From Yuukianura sp. NJ FZ-2021 (taxonomy: Eukaryota): a DNA stretch of 64,000 nt. Below are positions 39,270 through 52,800 of the stretch, piece by piece (position 1 is the first letter of the stretch; each line of letters begins with the position of its first letter). A model generated the notes under the pieces. It made no database searches, was not told where the DNA came from, and saw only the letters and a list, made by a program, of their open reading frames with translations. The stretch spans positions 11,408,001 through 11,472,000 of the forward strand of contig CM102285.1 of assembly GCA_046563655.1 (NCBI GenBank), written 5' to 3'. Both the position numbers and the translations under genes were made by a program.

Positions 39270-42200
39270 CGTTTGAGGATCTCACCATAGCCAATCCTAA
39301 CTGAAAAGAAATAAAAACTTATGTTAATGAAGATTACACTCTTTCACTTATCAGATAAATGCTGGAATTCTTATACTATCCAATTTGTGAAAGAAAAAGA
39401 GAACTCCGATCAATTTTACCTACATTGAATACATGAATTCGATCAACGTCCACTAACGTAACTCCTTTTCAATTCAAATTTAAGATGCGATTGAGCTACA
39501 GATCATGGCAAGGTCTTCCAATAGCTAACCTGGCATAAACGTTTTTTGTACGTTAGATAGTGTCCATTACCTGCGAATTTTGGATGGTACGTTGAGATCC
39601 GACAGTCGTTTTGTCAAGAAAACTTACTTCAAGTCAACAGATTTTCACTAACTTAGTTTTTCAATGTCCAAAAACGTTTTGAAAACGTATGTGTTTCAAA
39701 ATTTCACCATTTGAACTTGTTTTTTAAAAATTCGACACGACCATTTCACTTCCGCTTTGGATGAACAACGAATCAGCAGTTTTTCACTTTTCAAATTTTC
39801 GCGGTATTTTGATTTTGATCTTTTTTTGAGTTTTGCCGCTGAACCAAATTTGAGACAAATCGGGGTTCTTTTTTCAAGCGGCGCAACAGTTTTAATCAAG
39901 GGAGGAAACAAAGTGAAAGTGGTTTAATTAAACCTAAGTCACAATTAACAAACTGATTGAATTTGAAGGTTATTTGAGCAAACCTAAACTGGAAATTTAA
40001 TTAGGATGATCAGGAGAAAGTGGATTCCGGATTAATTAAATCCCGTGTAAGATGAACCGAGCGTTCTAGTACACTTCTTCCCTTTGGAATTCGAGAGGAT
40101 GTTAATTTCCTGTTTCATCCCCTTGCTCAAACCACAACCACTGAACTTTCTCCGCCTTTCTCCAACTTCAAATTGATCCTAACGCTTTTGTTCCAAATTT
40201 TCAACCAAAAAGTTTTTTAAATTAAAAGCAATGCCTCGTGGTGCTCAACTTCTGCGAATGGTGACTGGATTGTTGCTGTCGAAGACTCTTTAGAGAGACT
40301 GAGTCGCTTCGTTGAAGACAACTAAAAGTTTGGAACTTTCTTCAAACGTAAGTCCCTCAGACTGGTTTGGCAAGAATCAGTGAAAGCAGAAAGATTGAAA
40401 GAACACAACTGGAGGCGCAAGCGCAAGCGTTTTAGAATGTTCAAGTTTTGGCAGTTTCAAGTGACTGACTGAGGAGGATAAAAATTATGGTTTGAAAACT
40501 GCTTAGAAGCACTTTACTAATTAATTAATAACTTCCCATTTAAAACAAGAAATGGTGCTTCCATCTTCTTTGGCATCAGTTCAATTCCTAGAGTTAAAAC
40601 TGTCACCTTTTCTATTGGTTTTTCCTTTTAGTGTTACAAATTGAAAAATGTTTTCTTCAGAATTTTGTTACTTTCTCTCCAATTCCTTTTCCCTTCAAAA
40701 CTTTTAGACTTTGTGCTTAATTCCCTTCTTCCTAATGGAAAACTTTAATTTCATCCCCTGTCAATTTTTCAGAAAAGTTTAAAGTTTCCGTTTTTCAAGA
40801 AACATTTTGAACAGATTAACAAGCTTTTGGCACCAAAGCCGTGTTTTCTTATTACACAAAATTGGAACCCAGTTTCAAAGAAACAGATTTGCTCAGACGG
40901 ATTTGACTTTTTCTTAGAAACTGAGAAACATAACAGAAAAAAAGCACTTTCCATTCATTTTCGTCGTGCTACGTACTTATTTCGCCGTGCTAATGATGTT
41001 ATCAGATTTCCAGGATTTTTTAAACAAACTTTTTGTAACAAATTAACGTCAAACTATCGAAATTCCACAATTAAAATTTCTAGTTAAACTGCAAATCTAA
41101 ATGAGGGATTTGATTTTTTTGTCAAATGTAACCAAATTTTCCAAGAGCGACGAAAACGTTTCACAAAATTAATAGAATGAGAAAGGAAAATTTTTTGGCA
41201 ATTTTTCAGTGTTTAGAACACGTTTAACCAAAAAATAAACTTGGGTAAGAATTCCACTCACTTCTACGTAGATGTAAAAGAATCAAAATGCGTATTATGT
41301 ACTACTGTATCTTCAGAGCCTGCTAAATTGGAGTTTCAAACTAAATGTAAACCGGTACTTTCACTTTTCAAATGTACAAAACTAAGAGACTTTGTTTGAA
41401 AAACATTTTGAAAAGGTAAGTGAGAGAAAGCAATTTGAAAGGGGCGGGGCAGAAATAAATTATAGTCGGTTCAAGAAACGCCCAGACATTTGTTACGAGG
41501 AAAGCCATTTTTTAGTCTGAAAGGCTCTTGTTATTTCAAATTTCAGGTTTCTAAAACAAACTTTTCGGTAAAAGCTTTTTAAAGAAGTTTTAACTTTTTC
41601 TTCTATTTTGATTTGATTTTTTTTTTAATTCATTTGGAGAAAGTTACTTTCCCCTTGCACCGCTTAGGTATATCGATCTTTCAGGAAATTCAATCGACGT
41701 AAAAGTTATGCCATTAATTTGGGGATTTCTTACGAGTGCTATCAATTTCTTTTCACTTTACACAAAAATTTAAGTGCCAATTTGTCACCTTGTTGGATAA
41801 ACAAACTTTTCTTTCAAAATATCTCTCATGTAACTTCAAAACTTAAGTTATAAGCATCAGCCCGTCCTCATTCAAGAAATAATTAATAATTTACTTCATA
41901 AAATCTAACAACAGTGAGATGTCAGTGGAACTGGGTTTCTTATGTGATATAAATTTAACTAACTTGATTAGCTTAGCATGCCTAACAAAGTTGTAGTATT
42001 ATAATATGTAGTAATAGTTAAAGTATTATGTTAGATTTAGTATCGAGTTGCTTTCATTAAAGCAAAAACCACAGAAGTTCTAACATTTCATAGTAATCAG
42101 GTTCCGGCTTTCCCCAGAGCCTTTGTGCATTAAACCCCAATGAACAGCGAACGTGCATTACAATTATTGAAATGAGAAACTCAATATTCACACCTCGTAA

Positions 42201-45194
42201 TTTGCCAAATGTCGCCTCGTATTTGCAAACTAAGTGCAGCACCAAAACAGAAATGACAGAATTATTTGCTTTCATTGATACACGCTGATGCTATGCGTTA
42301 TATTATACGTTCCTAATAGCACAACGTCAACACTAACTTCATCATAATCAACCCCGCCTACGGCCTTAACCATGAGAATCTGAAAGGTAAGTATGGTTTT
42401 GATGCTCACAGTGATCAATACGGGATGGACTAGGAGAGATCCAAGCTGTAAAATAATTCAAATGCTGCAGTATAGAAAGCATTCCTTTCTCTAAACATTC
42501 TTGAGTCACAATGGGCTCCATTTCGATTAAAGCTTTCACTAGTTATGCTTTCCTGGAGGTAAACTTAAAGTTAAGACAGGTTTCTGGAAGACTTCTTGAA
42601 GCAAGTGCCATTAAAAGACGAGCATCTGTACCTAAGTGCCTAAAGATTTTGAAGTGCTCCTCAAAACAAATTTGTTCCCATAAATGAAGCTTCTGGAATT
42701 AGCTGAACGTGCGAAAATGAACTTTGCTTGACTTTATTTTCTCTTAACGGTACCTCGGATGAACCTTGGGAATATCGAATCTGTTTTCTACTATAAAGCA
42801 GGTCTGATGTCTTTCTTAGCAGAAAGAACTTTGTTGAGTATGAATTTTCTTATTGCGGTTTTTATGTGGTTAAGGCGTTAATTAAAATCAGCTAAGATCT
42901 CCCCAAAATTTATAATTGACTTCCTCACCAAAACAAAAGGGAAAGTGCGATATAAAAGAATGTGAGGCGATATAATAAACAAAGGACACAAATAATAACC
43001 ATTTTGATCTTGCTTGTGCCATTGTTCTTCATCGCTCTTCGCATTCCTTGCTGCAGAATTTCACCGGGTACTTGGAACAAAAAATGGAAGATGCATTGCT
43101 TTCTCCAGGTGAACTATTTGATACCAAATAATTTTCATTCACTACTTTCCAGTACCAAACTATACAGTTAGTTCATTAGCAATTTAGTACATGGAGGACA
43201 CGGAGTCTCCTTACCCAAGTGAAAGAAAGAGAAACTCTCACATGAGTTTTAAATGAGAAGAGTGAGAGGAAAAGAAAGAGGGTAAGGAGACTCCGTGCCC
43301 TACCTGTAAATAACTTTGCAAAATTGCCTATAAATTTTGAGCAAGCTTTCTCCAGTGGTCGAGTCTGTACACAGACAAAAAAATTTTTTCCTTTAACGTT
43401 TCGTTTGATTACACTTCCAGGAAGAAATAGAGACAAGCGTTAACTATTTAGTTAAGCTTTGTTTATTAATAATCACCCAGAGGAGCCGGGAGCACCTGTT
43501 CCTCGACACTTTCTCCTATCTAATATGTACATAGTAAAACCTCAAATTGCATCCTAATGCACTACTTAATGGATGCCAATTTCCGGAAACGGGGTTTACC
43601 ATTTAGCAAACCGCTTCAGTTACCCATGGATCTGAAACAAAGCGTTATTTGGTAGCAGGTGCTTCATTATGACTTTCACTACAAAATCACAATCAATCAA
43701 ACCATACAGCACAAAGGAGTAGAAAGTAAAGCACGAGAAAATTAAAGCAGGAGAAAGTGACCTATATAGTATACAGACTTCTCGTAGTCCAATTCGAAGC
43801 AAACAGTTTGATTATTCCGAAGAACAAACAAAAGTACACTTAAAGGCATTGTCTAGCATAACATGCTTTGTTTTAATTACTGAAATAACAGTTGTTAACT
43901 GTAATTAATTGATTTTTCGGTTTTCCGAAAAAAAAAGAAAGTCGAATTTTCTAGTCAGCTATTGTCTTTACTATTTGCGGAAAAAAGCTACGCGTCTCAT
44001 ATGTTTTTCTCGTTCCAGAATTTTGAATATCAGAAACCGCCAAACGTCTGCGAAAATGTAAACATGTGCCTTTGTTTTGCTTTTGGCATTTTTTTTTTTG
44101 TAAAATTGTGTGAAATTCCTTTGTCCAGTGCTCATTGTTCAGTGACTCACGTTCAATCTCATTCTTTATTCCTATCCCCGTCTGTTGCCCTTTACGATTT
44201 TTTGCTGGGACAAGAGGTTAGGCATTAGCAGCAGGCAACATGACCTTGATACACCAGTCATTCCGTGTTATCTAAAACCGAATGTGAACAAATGGACACC
44301 GTCGCATCGTTGTTTTTAGTGTTCGGAAGTTGTAACTTTCGTAAGAAGTACCTATTATCATGTCCTGTCTGAATCGGATTCGAAGGGCGTGGCCATCATC
44401 TCAATTTCGTCGTTATGTGAGTAGCTGTACCTCAGTAGTCGCGGAGTACAACAACAGGTTTATGTCAATTCCAGGAAAAACAATAGGTATGGTATGGTAA
44501 CACCTGTCCAGACGTAAGTCTATGAGTTTAATGTGACATGAAGATGGCATTGTGTTGGACGAGAACGACTAGCGTAACAAAGAACGGCAATTTTAATTTT
44601 TTAACTGTGAAAGACTGACACTCAATTTCAATCTCGAATTGCATTTTATTATCATGTTCTCGTCTACTAAGCAATTGCTGGAACAAAGCAGTAAATTAAA
44701 GTACTATAGCAGATAGACGACGAAAGAGAAGACAGGCATTTAGCGTTGTTGGCACAAATAGGGACGCACAATGTACACCGGACAGTTGGAAGATGACGCG
44801 TTTTAACATGCAGATTCCAGAGTCTGTGTGAGTTTTTAGGAGGGAAACGGCTCATTGTTTACGCAACCCTCCCCTTTGTCTGTTTGAAATTCTACCGAAT
44901 CGGATTGCAAATCTGGACAGACAACGGGACGGGAGGATACATTCACCCTTCTGACTTTGATTTGTCAATTTGCAAAGATCTTTTTTCCTGTTTTAGATTC
45001 GAATTTTATAACCATTAAACAATCCATTCTTTGCTTGGATACTGACGGATTTATAGTTCAGTTTTTCTGATTCGATTTTGGTGAAGTCTAAATTACTAAT
45101 TAAATTTTTGTTTTTGTTTTGTTCTGCTCTGCTTCGCTGATTGGATTTTTACACCTACGACTGATTACCGGCTTCAACCTTACTTCGTTTCATT

Positions 45195-48100
45195 ATGACT
45201 TCATCATCAGCATCAGGGAATCCCGACATGCAGTTGAACAAACAAACGCAACCATTTACCATCGTCGTTGAAGGTAACATTGGATCTGGAAAAACAACAC
45301 TTCTGGAGCATTTCAAAAAATTCTCAGACAAAGTTGCTGTTATGGATGAACCCGTCCGGAAGTGGAGAGATGTTGACGGTCATAACCTGCTGGTACGCAT
45401 TTTTAATTTAGCATTGTCTTTGTGAATGTGTTGAGTTGTGTACTTGTTGCGAAATATTTAGTGATCATGCGGTTGCGGTTTCGGTAGATCAAGTCTTGGC
45501 GGAACTCACCTCACCCATCATTTTGTGATTCATTTAACGTTGCGACCATGCTGGATGTGCATTTACAAGCCGGTTGTCCATGACCATGTGCTGACTGTCG
45601 TCTCAGACCGCTTTCTAAATTTTAAATTCTTTGGATTTGAAAAGCAGTCAGTACATGGTCACACAAACACACACACACGCGAGATTAAGCGAATTTTGAA
45701 GTTAGATTTTAGAAATTATTGTAGCATAACAACATCATCTTCAGCATTTGACTTTCCGTGCAAATTCGATGGTTTGATTAATCGAATGACAGCGCATCCT
45801 ATTGTTTTGTTTTTAGTTGAACCTTCCCCACTCTTCCACATGCTTCTAGATCGGGCATTTGAGTAACTCTGTCAATTTATTGCAACAAGCTAAGCAATTG
45901 CAGAGAGCAGCATGGTTGGCTTAAATGGCTATAGGCGATTTTACTATTTTACACAATTTTAGTTGTCACTGAAATGCATGGGATGGGATTATGGGAAGGG
46001 CTAGCAACAACCGCAAGCTTGATGCTGTCTGTCGTTTGTTCGGTGCCGGTAGGCATGCTTTCTCAACTACGACGATGCTCCGAATACAATAGGTTAGGTT
46101 TTATATGCCCAAGCCAAGCCAGGGGGAAATGCCGTTATAAGAAGAGGCTCCCCACTTAACTCCTTCCCATCATCCTCCATCAGCAAAAAAATGTATTCCA
46201 TATGGTAAAAGCTTTCAAAGTTAAGCATAAGTGAGGTTGGTGGTCGACACTTGAAAGTGGACAGACAGCGCAGTTTCCCATCCTTTCCTCGAAGCAACCG
46301 TGGGGGAACCATTGTTATCAGTTAGTTCTATTTCCCGTAACATCCGAAGTTAAGCTGGGTCAGTGATCAAAACGTAAGTCATATGTTACTTATTTGATAC
46401 CGTAATACCGTTACTGGACACATTTGGCTAAGTTTAACAGTAATGTTATTTACAGGCCTACCAAATGACCTCACATATGGAAGGATTGGATATTTTCCTC
46501 AACTCAAAGGGGTTTGTCCTCAAGGACGAGGGATTTGACATCTTGGATCCGGACAATTGGAATCTAGAAGACGACAAATTTTTGGAATCAATTCGATATG
46601 GAGATAGATTGGACTTGGACGAAACGGAACTAATCGATGATCCAGATTTGACAGATTCTCCTCCTCCTGAAATCATAAGCGTTGAATCACCGGCAGAAAT
46701 CATTTCCTACAGTCTATCCGAAGGTGGCCTATCACCATGCTCGGCCTCATCAACTGCTTCATCGTCATCTCCAGCACATTCACAATCAGGCCAGTTCGAA
46801 GATCAAAATGTCAAAGTAGTCCAACTTGTTGGTATCCTCCCAGCCGGTTGTAAAACGTTCCAAATTGTTCAGCAAGATGAAGATGGTACAATCAGTGGAG
46901 AAGAAATCATGGAAGTTACTTCGACTGGCTCTCCAGGAGCTCATCACAGCTATCAAGAGTTAAAGCTTTCCGAAGAAGAACGTCGGCTTTTGGTCAAGGA
47001 GGGCGTCAACCTCCCCACCCATTATCCACTTACAAAATTCGAAGAACGAGAGCTCAAGCGAATTCGAAGAAAAATCCGAAATAAAATTTCTGCTCAAGAT
47101 TCACGAAAGCGTAAGAAGGAGTTTCTGGACACACTTCAACAGCGAGTACAGGAAGTTGAAGAGGAGAAATCACTTCTGGGACGTAAAGTGCGATCTCTTG
47201 AGATTGCAAATTCCAAGTTGGTTGCTCAAGTGAAACGACTTCAAGTAATGATGGCAAATGCTACGAAAGCAGCATCTTCAAGCCTTGGAAACCAAAATGG
47301 CGGATCTGCTCAAGCAGCCCACAACAACAACAACAATGTTGTTCCAGCAGCCACGACCCTTTTAGTTCTCATGCTATCCTTGGCTATTGTTGTTCTCCCA
47401 ACAATGCAAGGACGTCGGCAACCTACTACTGCTGCAAGCATTGAAAACGCTCTCATGAAAGGATTTACTGATTCGTCTCCAAACACTTCTATAATTGGAC
47501 GTTCCCGCACCATGTTGGGACTGGATCAATCATCGGATGAAATTGAATGTGACTGGGCCATGGTGGATGTCGAGGAGCCACTTGCTAAGATCCCAAGATT
47601 TTCGTTCCAGCAACCAATGGGAATGGGGAACGTGGCTCCCAGCACTGCTCAACGCTGTCAAGGACAGATGAATGCAGTCAAGAGTCATGGCGCAGGAGCA
47701 CTTCGCAAACGTCCATTTTCAGCCAGCAGCATGAATGCACTGGTTGACGAAGTTGATTGATTGATTGATTGATTGGCATTGTTGAATTCAATTGAATAGC
47801 AACCATTTAAAATTCCATGGGTTCTCATTTCTTGTGCTAACTTTAACTTAAAAACATGTTCAGAGAGGATTTTTTTTTGCAATTTATTGGGTGCCTAGTT
47901 TTTTTAAGCTTTTAAAGGAAGCGAGTTTGCTTAAGTGTTTAGTTGTGCTTGGGCTTCAGAGGATAATATGGATGTTCTGCGGAGTGATGATGCCTGGTTG
48001 CATAATGAGTTTAAGAAATAATTTAACAAAATGGTGCAAAATTGTTTATTTAAGGAAGACCAAAATTTTGTAAAGAGAATTCACAATTGGTAAATATTAG

Positions 48101-49500
48101 CTAAGAATTAGAAATATATTTCGATTAATTTCCAAACAAATCACGAGAACTGTGTACATTCAGTTGATTCGATTTCTTTTCCATTATGACGTTAATTGTG
48201 ATTGGAGTTGTACATTTCCCTAGGATCTATTCATGGTTCAAGATAACTATTTTCTGTATATACTATTTACAATTGTGTGTAATCCCTTAGACTCTAGCTT
48301 CTACTTTAGAATTCTGTGATTCCCAGCATCAGCCTGTAGAAACCATCTTTGTGGGGAATAAAACCAATGTGGAAAAAAAAAACGTGCGGACCTAGCTTTC
48401 TTAATTTTAAATGTCAGCTTAATAGTTTTGAGAAAATTGCATTCTCTCATTTCATGCATTGGAACTTATTACGGCAGTGACCTTAAGATAACAGCACTTA
48501 ATTCAAGTGTTAAGTTAAGATCTGGAAAAACGGCTAAAAATTAAGTTGTGTAGGGTACAAAGGTTTTTAGTAAAACCGCTTACGCTGCAATTGATACGCT
48601 GCTAATGTTTGAAAAGCCACGCGCGTTGCGTTCAGCGTGTCTGGACTTTGAAGTTTCCAGTAAAGAGTAAACTTGTTATCATTTCATTTTTGGAAATGTA
48701 AAAAATGATTTTTTTTTTTAAATTTGTTCCCCTAGGATTTGATGTACACGGATCCAGTGAAATGGAGTCTCTGCTTCCAGTCATACGTTCAAATGACAAT
48801 GCTGGACCTTCATACGACACAAGTGGAACAACCTATCAAGCTCATGGAACGATCCATTTTTAGTGCCAAGTACGAAGAACATTTTTTGTTCAACTTTTAT
48901 TATGAATTTTAGTATTACATTTAGTAGTAAAAGATTTATGGTTTGCTACAGGTACTGCTTCACGAACAATTTGAAGGAACAAGGCTTCATGACGGATGTG
49001 GAACATGCTGTTATAACCGAATGGTTCGATTTTATTCGAGCGGAAATTCCATTGAGAGTTGACCTCATTGGTAAGTGCTTTTTGTGTATTAACTTTTGTT
49101 ATTTTTGGATTTGAAAAATAAAATCTGAAGTTTCTTTACGAAAAGTGTACTTGCGGACTGACCCAGAAGTGGTCTACGATCGGATTTTGCAGAGAGGACG
49201 CTCCGAAGAAAATGGAATTTCTCTGGACTACTTGAAAAGCATTCACCGACTTCACGAGGAGTGGCTTATCCAGAAAAAGTTTTTCGTTCCAGCACCAGTA
49301 AGTGAAAGTATAGAAGTATACTTCTCATTTTATGCCAAGCTGATGAGGAGACAGGAATTTCTCATCTTCCGGTTCTGTGTGAATCTTTGCAGGTTGTGAC
49401 ATACGATGCCAATGACGATCTGAGCATTATGGCCAAAAACTATTCTCTCTGCGAAGACGCAATCTTTCAAAAGATTCCAGTAGCAAACCGAAGTGCATAG
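45195..49500 (+). CDS. dnk: Deoxynucleoside kinase (dNK/TK2 family), 5 coding exons, about 236 aa
   Basis: Exons 45195-45392, 48736-48869, 48952-49070, 49146-49297, 49393-49500 join in phase (711 nt). Motifs: P-loop [66 protein letters not shown]. Confidence 0.93.
46318..46455 (+). promoter_or_regulatory. Putative Inr, short 5'UTR exon and 82-nt intron of the CREB3-family gene
   Basis: TCAGTT (arthropod Inr consensus TCAKTY) at 46318-46323, donor GTAAGT at 46374, acceptor TTTACAG ending at 46455, then ATG at 46465. Confidence 0.5.
46465..47760 (+). CDS. CREB3-family (CREB3/CREB3L) membrane-tethered bZIP transcription factor, uninterrupted CDS, nested in dNK intron 1
   Basis: 431-aa ORF. Acidic N-terminal region; ATB-like [31 protein letters not shown]; basic region [22 protein letters not shown] followed by a leucine zipper; [18 protein letters not shown]; luminal RxxL candidate S1P site (RSRTML). 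Confidence 0.9.
   Translation: MTSHMEGLDIFLNSKGFVLKDEGFDILDPDNWNLEDDKFLESIRYGDRLDLDETELIDDPDLTDSPPPEIISVESPAEIISYSLSEGGLSPCSASSTASSSSPAHSQSGQFEDQNVKVVQLVGILPAGCKTFQIVQQDEDGTISGEEIMEVTSTGSPGAHHSYQELKLSEEERRLLVKEGVNLPTHYPLTKFEERELKRIRRKIRNKISAQDSRKRKKEFLDTLQQRVQEVEEEKSLLGRKVRSLEIANSKLVAQVKRLQVMMANATKAASSSLGNQNGGSAQAAHNNNNNVVPAATTLLVLMLSLAIVVLPTMQGRRQPTTAASIENALMKGFTDSSPNTSIIGRSRTMLGLDQSSDEIECDWAMVDVEEPLAKIPRFSFQQPMGMGNVAPSTAQRCQGQMNAVKSHGAGALRKRPFSASSMNALVDEVD
47753..47772 (+). repeat. (TTGA)5 microsatellite overlapping the CREB3-family stop codon
   Basis: gTTGATTGATTGATTGATTGAttgg; the ORF ends gtt gat tga inside the repeat. Confidence 0.85.
48357..48362 (+). terminator. Candidate polyadenylation signal of the nested CREB3-family gene
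   Basis: AATAAA about 600 nt after the stop codon and upstream of dNK exon 2. Confidence 0.35.
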
Positions 49501-49839
49501 CTGGCCACCCCTTTCCGTGTGACAAGACTTTTTGCTCTCTCTTTGTACAAAACTACACGTTCCGTATTCTCTGGTCAGCCACAGCCTTACTACTTTCTAC
49601 CCGGATCAAATTCATTTACCGTATGACAGCTTATTTATAATTTGTTAGCTCTGTTTAGTTTCAGGGAACTCGAGTTTAAAATTCTCAGCACTTGATTTCC
49701 TTGTTCTAAACAAACCATTGGAACGATTACTGTTAAGTTAAATTACACTAAATTATTGAGTAATGGTAACTTTTTTATTATGGTCCTGCCAGAATTTCTG
49801 AAAAGTAAAAGTGATGTACTTCTATTCACGAATCTGGAG

Positions 49840-52800
49840 TCAAGAGTTCACTTTCACTTTTGTTATGGTTCCTTTCCCAGCATCCAGAAGAATGAGTTCC
49901 CCTGGACAAAACATAAGCGCATTTCAAGCATAGCGTAACTCTTTTTTCAACTATTTAGCTCTCTTACCTGTTTTGAAAATCTTTGTAGCGTTTCCAGCGC
50001 CTACGATACAGGGTAAACCGTATTCTCTTGCAACGACAGCACCTTCAGGAACATAATCATGCATTTCTTGTTTTACTTTAGAATCACCCATGCAGAGACG
50101 GATGTTTTTGACACTGGGTTGAGGACATGAGAGTTACATTTTAGACAACGACGTGACGGAAACTTACCATGTGAAATCAATCCTCCAAGTTCAGTGACAA
50201 TGCCGCCAAGGATAGGGAAGAATGGAGACCAACCAATGTCAGTTCCATGTGTGATGAGAATGTCTCCTGGTTCGATGAGCTTTGAAGCTTCTTCTATCGT
50301 TCTGCAAACTTTGGCTGGAGCAGTCACTTTCCCAGAACTTACTGGAGTCGCCTTCAGACTGTCTCCGTACTCAACATTTTCTTTCCTTTCAACCTGTTGT
50401 TTTCCGTGGGAAAACATGGGAGAAAAGAGAAGCTCAGAGATTAATGATCCGGAAATGGTTTCTATTTTCTTTTTCCAGTTCCATGTTCAACTTACGGGTT
50501 CACGGATTCCAATAGTAATTTCTGGATACTCTTCCTTGTTCAGTTCTGGAAATAACTTCATCTTCCTCATGGCTCTAGAAAATGTAATGCATTTTTCATA
50601 ATCCTTGAATTTTAAAGTTTTTCAAAACGGACTTACTTGTACAATATTTTTGGACTGTGAGCATGTCTGCTCAAAAGCCGACCAATGTCTTGATGGGTCA
50701 TGTAGTAAATCAATTGTGGTTCTGGTAACAATTGATCTTGGACCATAAGATGAGCAAGACGTTCGTAGCATTGTTTCAACTGATCTCCAGTTCGAACAAA
50801 GTACGACTTTGTTTTCTCACGATTCCAAACAGCTTCGCGGCAATACGGAAGTAAAAATTTTAGGAAGGACCTAGAGAAATTGGATTTTGAAAAGTTAATG
50901 TTAGGTTGTACACTTGAAACATATTTTTTGCAACGAACTTTGCAACAAAGCCAAGTTTTGTGTGCAAACTAGACAGAAGTGCTTCATCGTTTTCGTATTT
51001 TTTGTTTTTAGGTCCATTTGTCTTGGAACTGTCAAATTTGATTTTGTTTCTGACCAAACTTTGAAGAAGATTTACGAATGGAATTGGATCTGACTTCCAC
51101 GACTTCCGCATCATGTCGAGCTGAGAGAAAAAGTTAGAGAAAGTTCATGACCCCTGTTTGGACAGATTATTGATATGCCTTCTCTTTGTACAAGATTGAT
51201 ATGCTGGAAGATTGGATACCTCACAAATGCAGCGGTGACCATGTTTCTCAAAGAAATCTGCCAAGGCTTGAGGGATAATGCTTTCCGTGTGATGAGAAAG
51301 CCACTCGAAACCTGCTGAAGGACTTTGCTCTACAAATCCCATCAGAACAGCATCATGGGATCCGCCATGTTGTACAATAGTTGTTGCTAGTCGGTCCATG
51401 GCTGATGGAAGGTCAGCAGACTCTACGTCCATACACACAGACAAAACTTTGGACACGTCTTCGTATATATCAGAATCCCAATCATCGGCTGGAAAAAGAA
51501 GACCAAGAAAGTTTGTTCAAGTTAATTCCAAAAGTTATGCTCTTTCATGACAAAGTTTTCACTTTCACTTTTTTTGAAGCTTTTCAGGGTAGCTCACCTT
51601 TCCTTCCTTGAGCGAGAGTGAGCAAGGCAAACATTTGTGTTATGGTACTTGCTTCGGACATCATACAATGAACATTGGCTATCTGGAAGGATCCAGGAGA
51701 TGTCAAAGGTCAACTTACGAATAAAGTTTCTCCTTGCGATAGGAAGGTTTTTGAAGGTAAGAAAGTCGAAAAAAATTCTAACGCTTGTGTACTCACCTGG
51801 AACAGGTCAAACAATCGCTCAGTAATGAGTGAATACACTTTTTTGGCATCCGAATTCTCAGAAGTTTTCAATGGAATTGTATAATTTTCATACAGTTTTG
51901 CTGCTTTTTTAATTTCAGATTTCGTTTCTCGTATGGTCTGAAATGAACGTGAAAAAATCAAGACAGGAGCCAACTATGTACTGAATCTGATGCTTTTACC
52001 ATAATAAACGAGAACAGTCCCCGAATTTTCTGGAGCGGAGGAGTTAAACCATGGCGTTGAAGAGCCAATGCATGAAGCTCTTCATCCATCACACGATGTC
52101 CAAAAATTGACAGGTCAGAAGCCACTTTATCTGTTGTAATTTCCTTGTCTACACTTGGATACAAAGCGTTTAGAACATTCAGAACAACTCGGTACCTCTG
52201 AGTAGCCATTTTCTTTAGAGCGTAAGGCACAACTGGATCGTTCGTTCCAGCTCGGTTGCTCCGAATTTGAATTCCAACATCCAGTAGATTTTGAACAACA
52301 GACAAGGACAGGGGTGACGTGACTCCAGGCATGACTTCTCTGAAACAACCACAAAACATGACCATGACCTGCTGACTTTGAGCTATGACCTAAAAACTTT
52401 TGTGGTTGACCCTAATTGATTTATACCCTGTGTTGGCATGAGTAAACCACTCAAACATGGTGTTATAGGCCGAGTCAGCTTCATGAATCAGCTCAAAGTC
52501 TGTCCATATTTCTAGGGACGTGACAGGTCGACATTGGAGGACGAAAATGTTTCCATCCTGCTTTCACCACAATAAGTTATAGGCTTAATGCGATGTGTCA
52601 CTTTAGGCACTTGAGGCAGATCAGCGTCAGGTTCCTTACCTTGTCCACAGCCCATTCAATGTCAACAGGCCTTAGATGACCTAGTTCCGATTCAATTGCT
52701 ATAGCTGCTCTGCCTAGTGCTAGAGCCAGGTCATCAGAAATGCAAAATGAAGTTGACTCTTCTTCGTCAACTTCAATTTCTTCTGTTGTGTCTCCTGCCA

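Noticed and set aside
42057..42275. 72-aa minus-strand ORF with a mildly hydrophobic start
   Set aside because: Weak signal peptide and no motif; not distinguishable from chance ORFs.
50194..50601. 135-aa plus-strand ORF
   Set aside because: Antisense shadow of the swivel-domain exons of the RPH-like gene.
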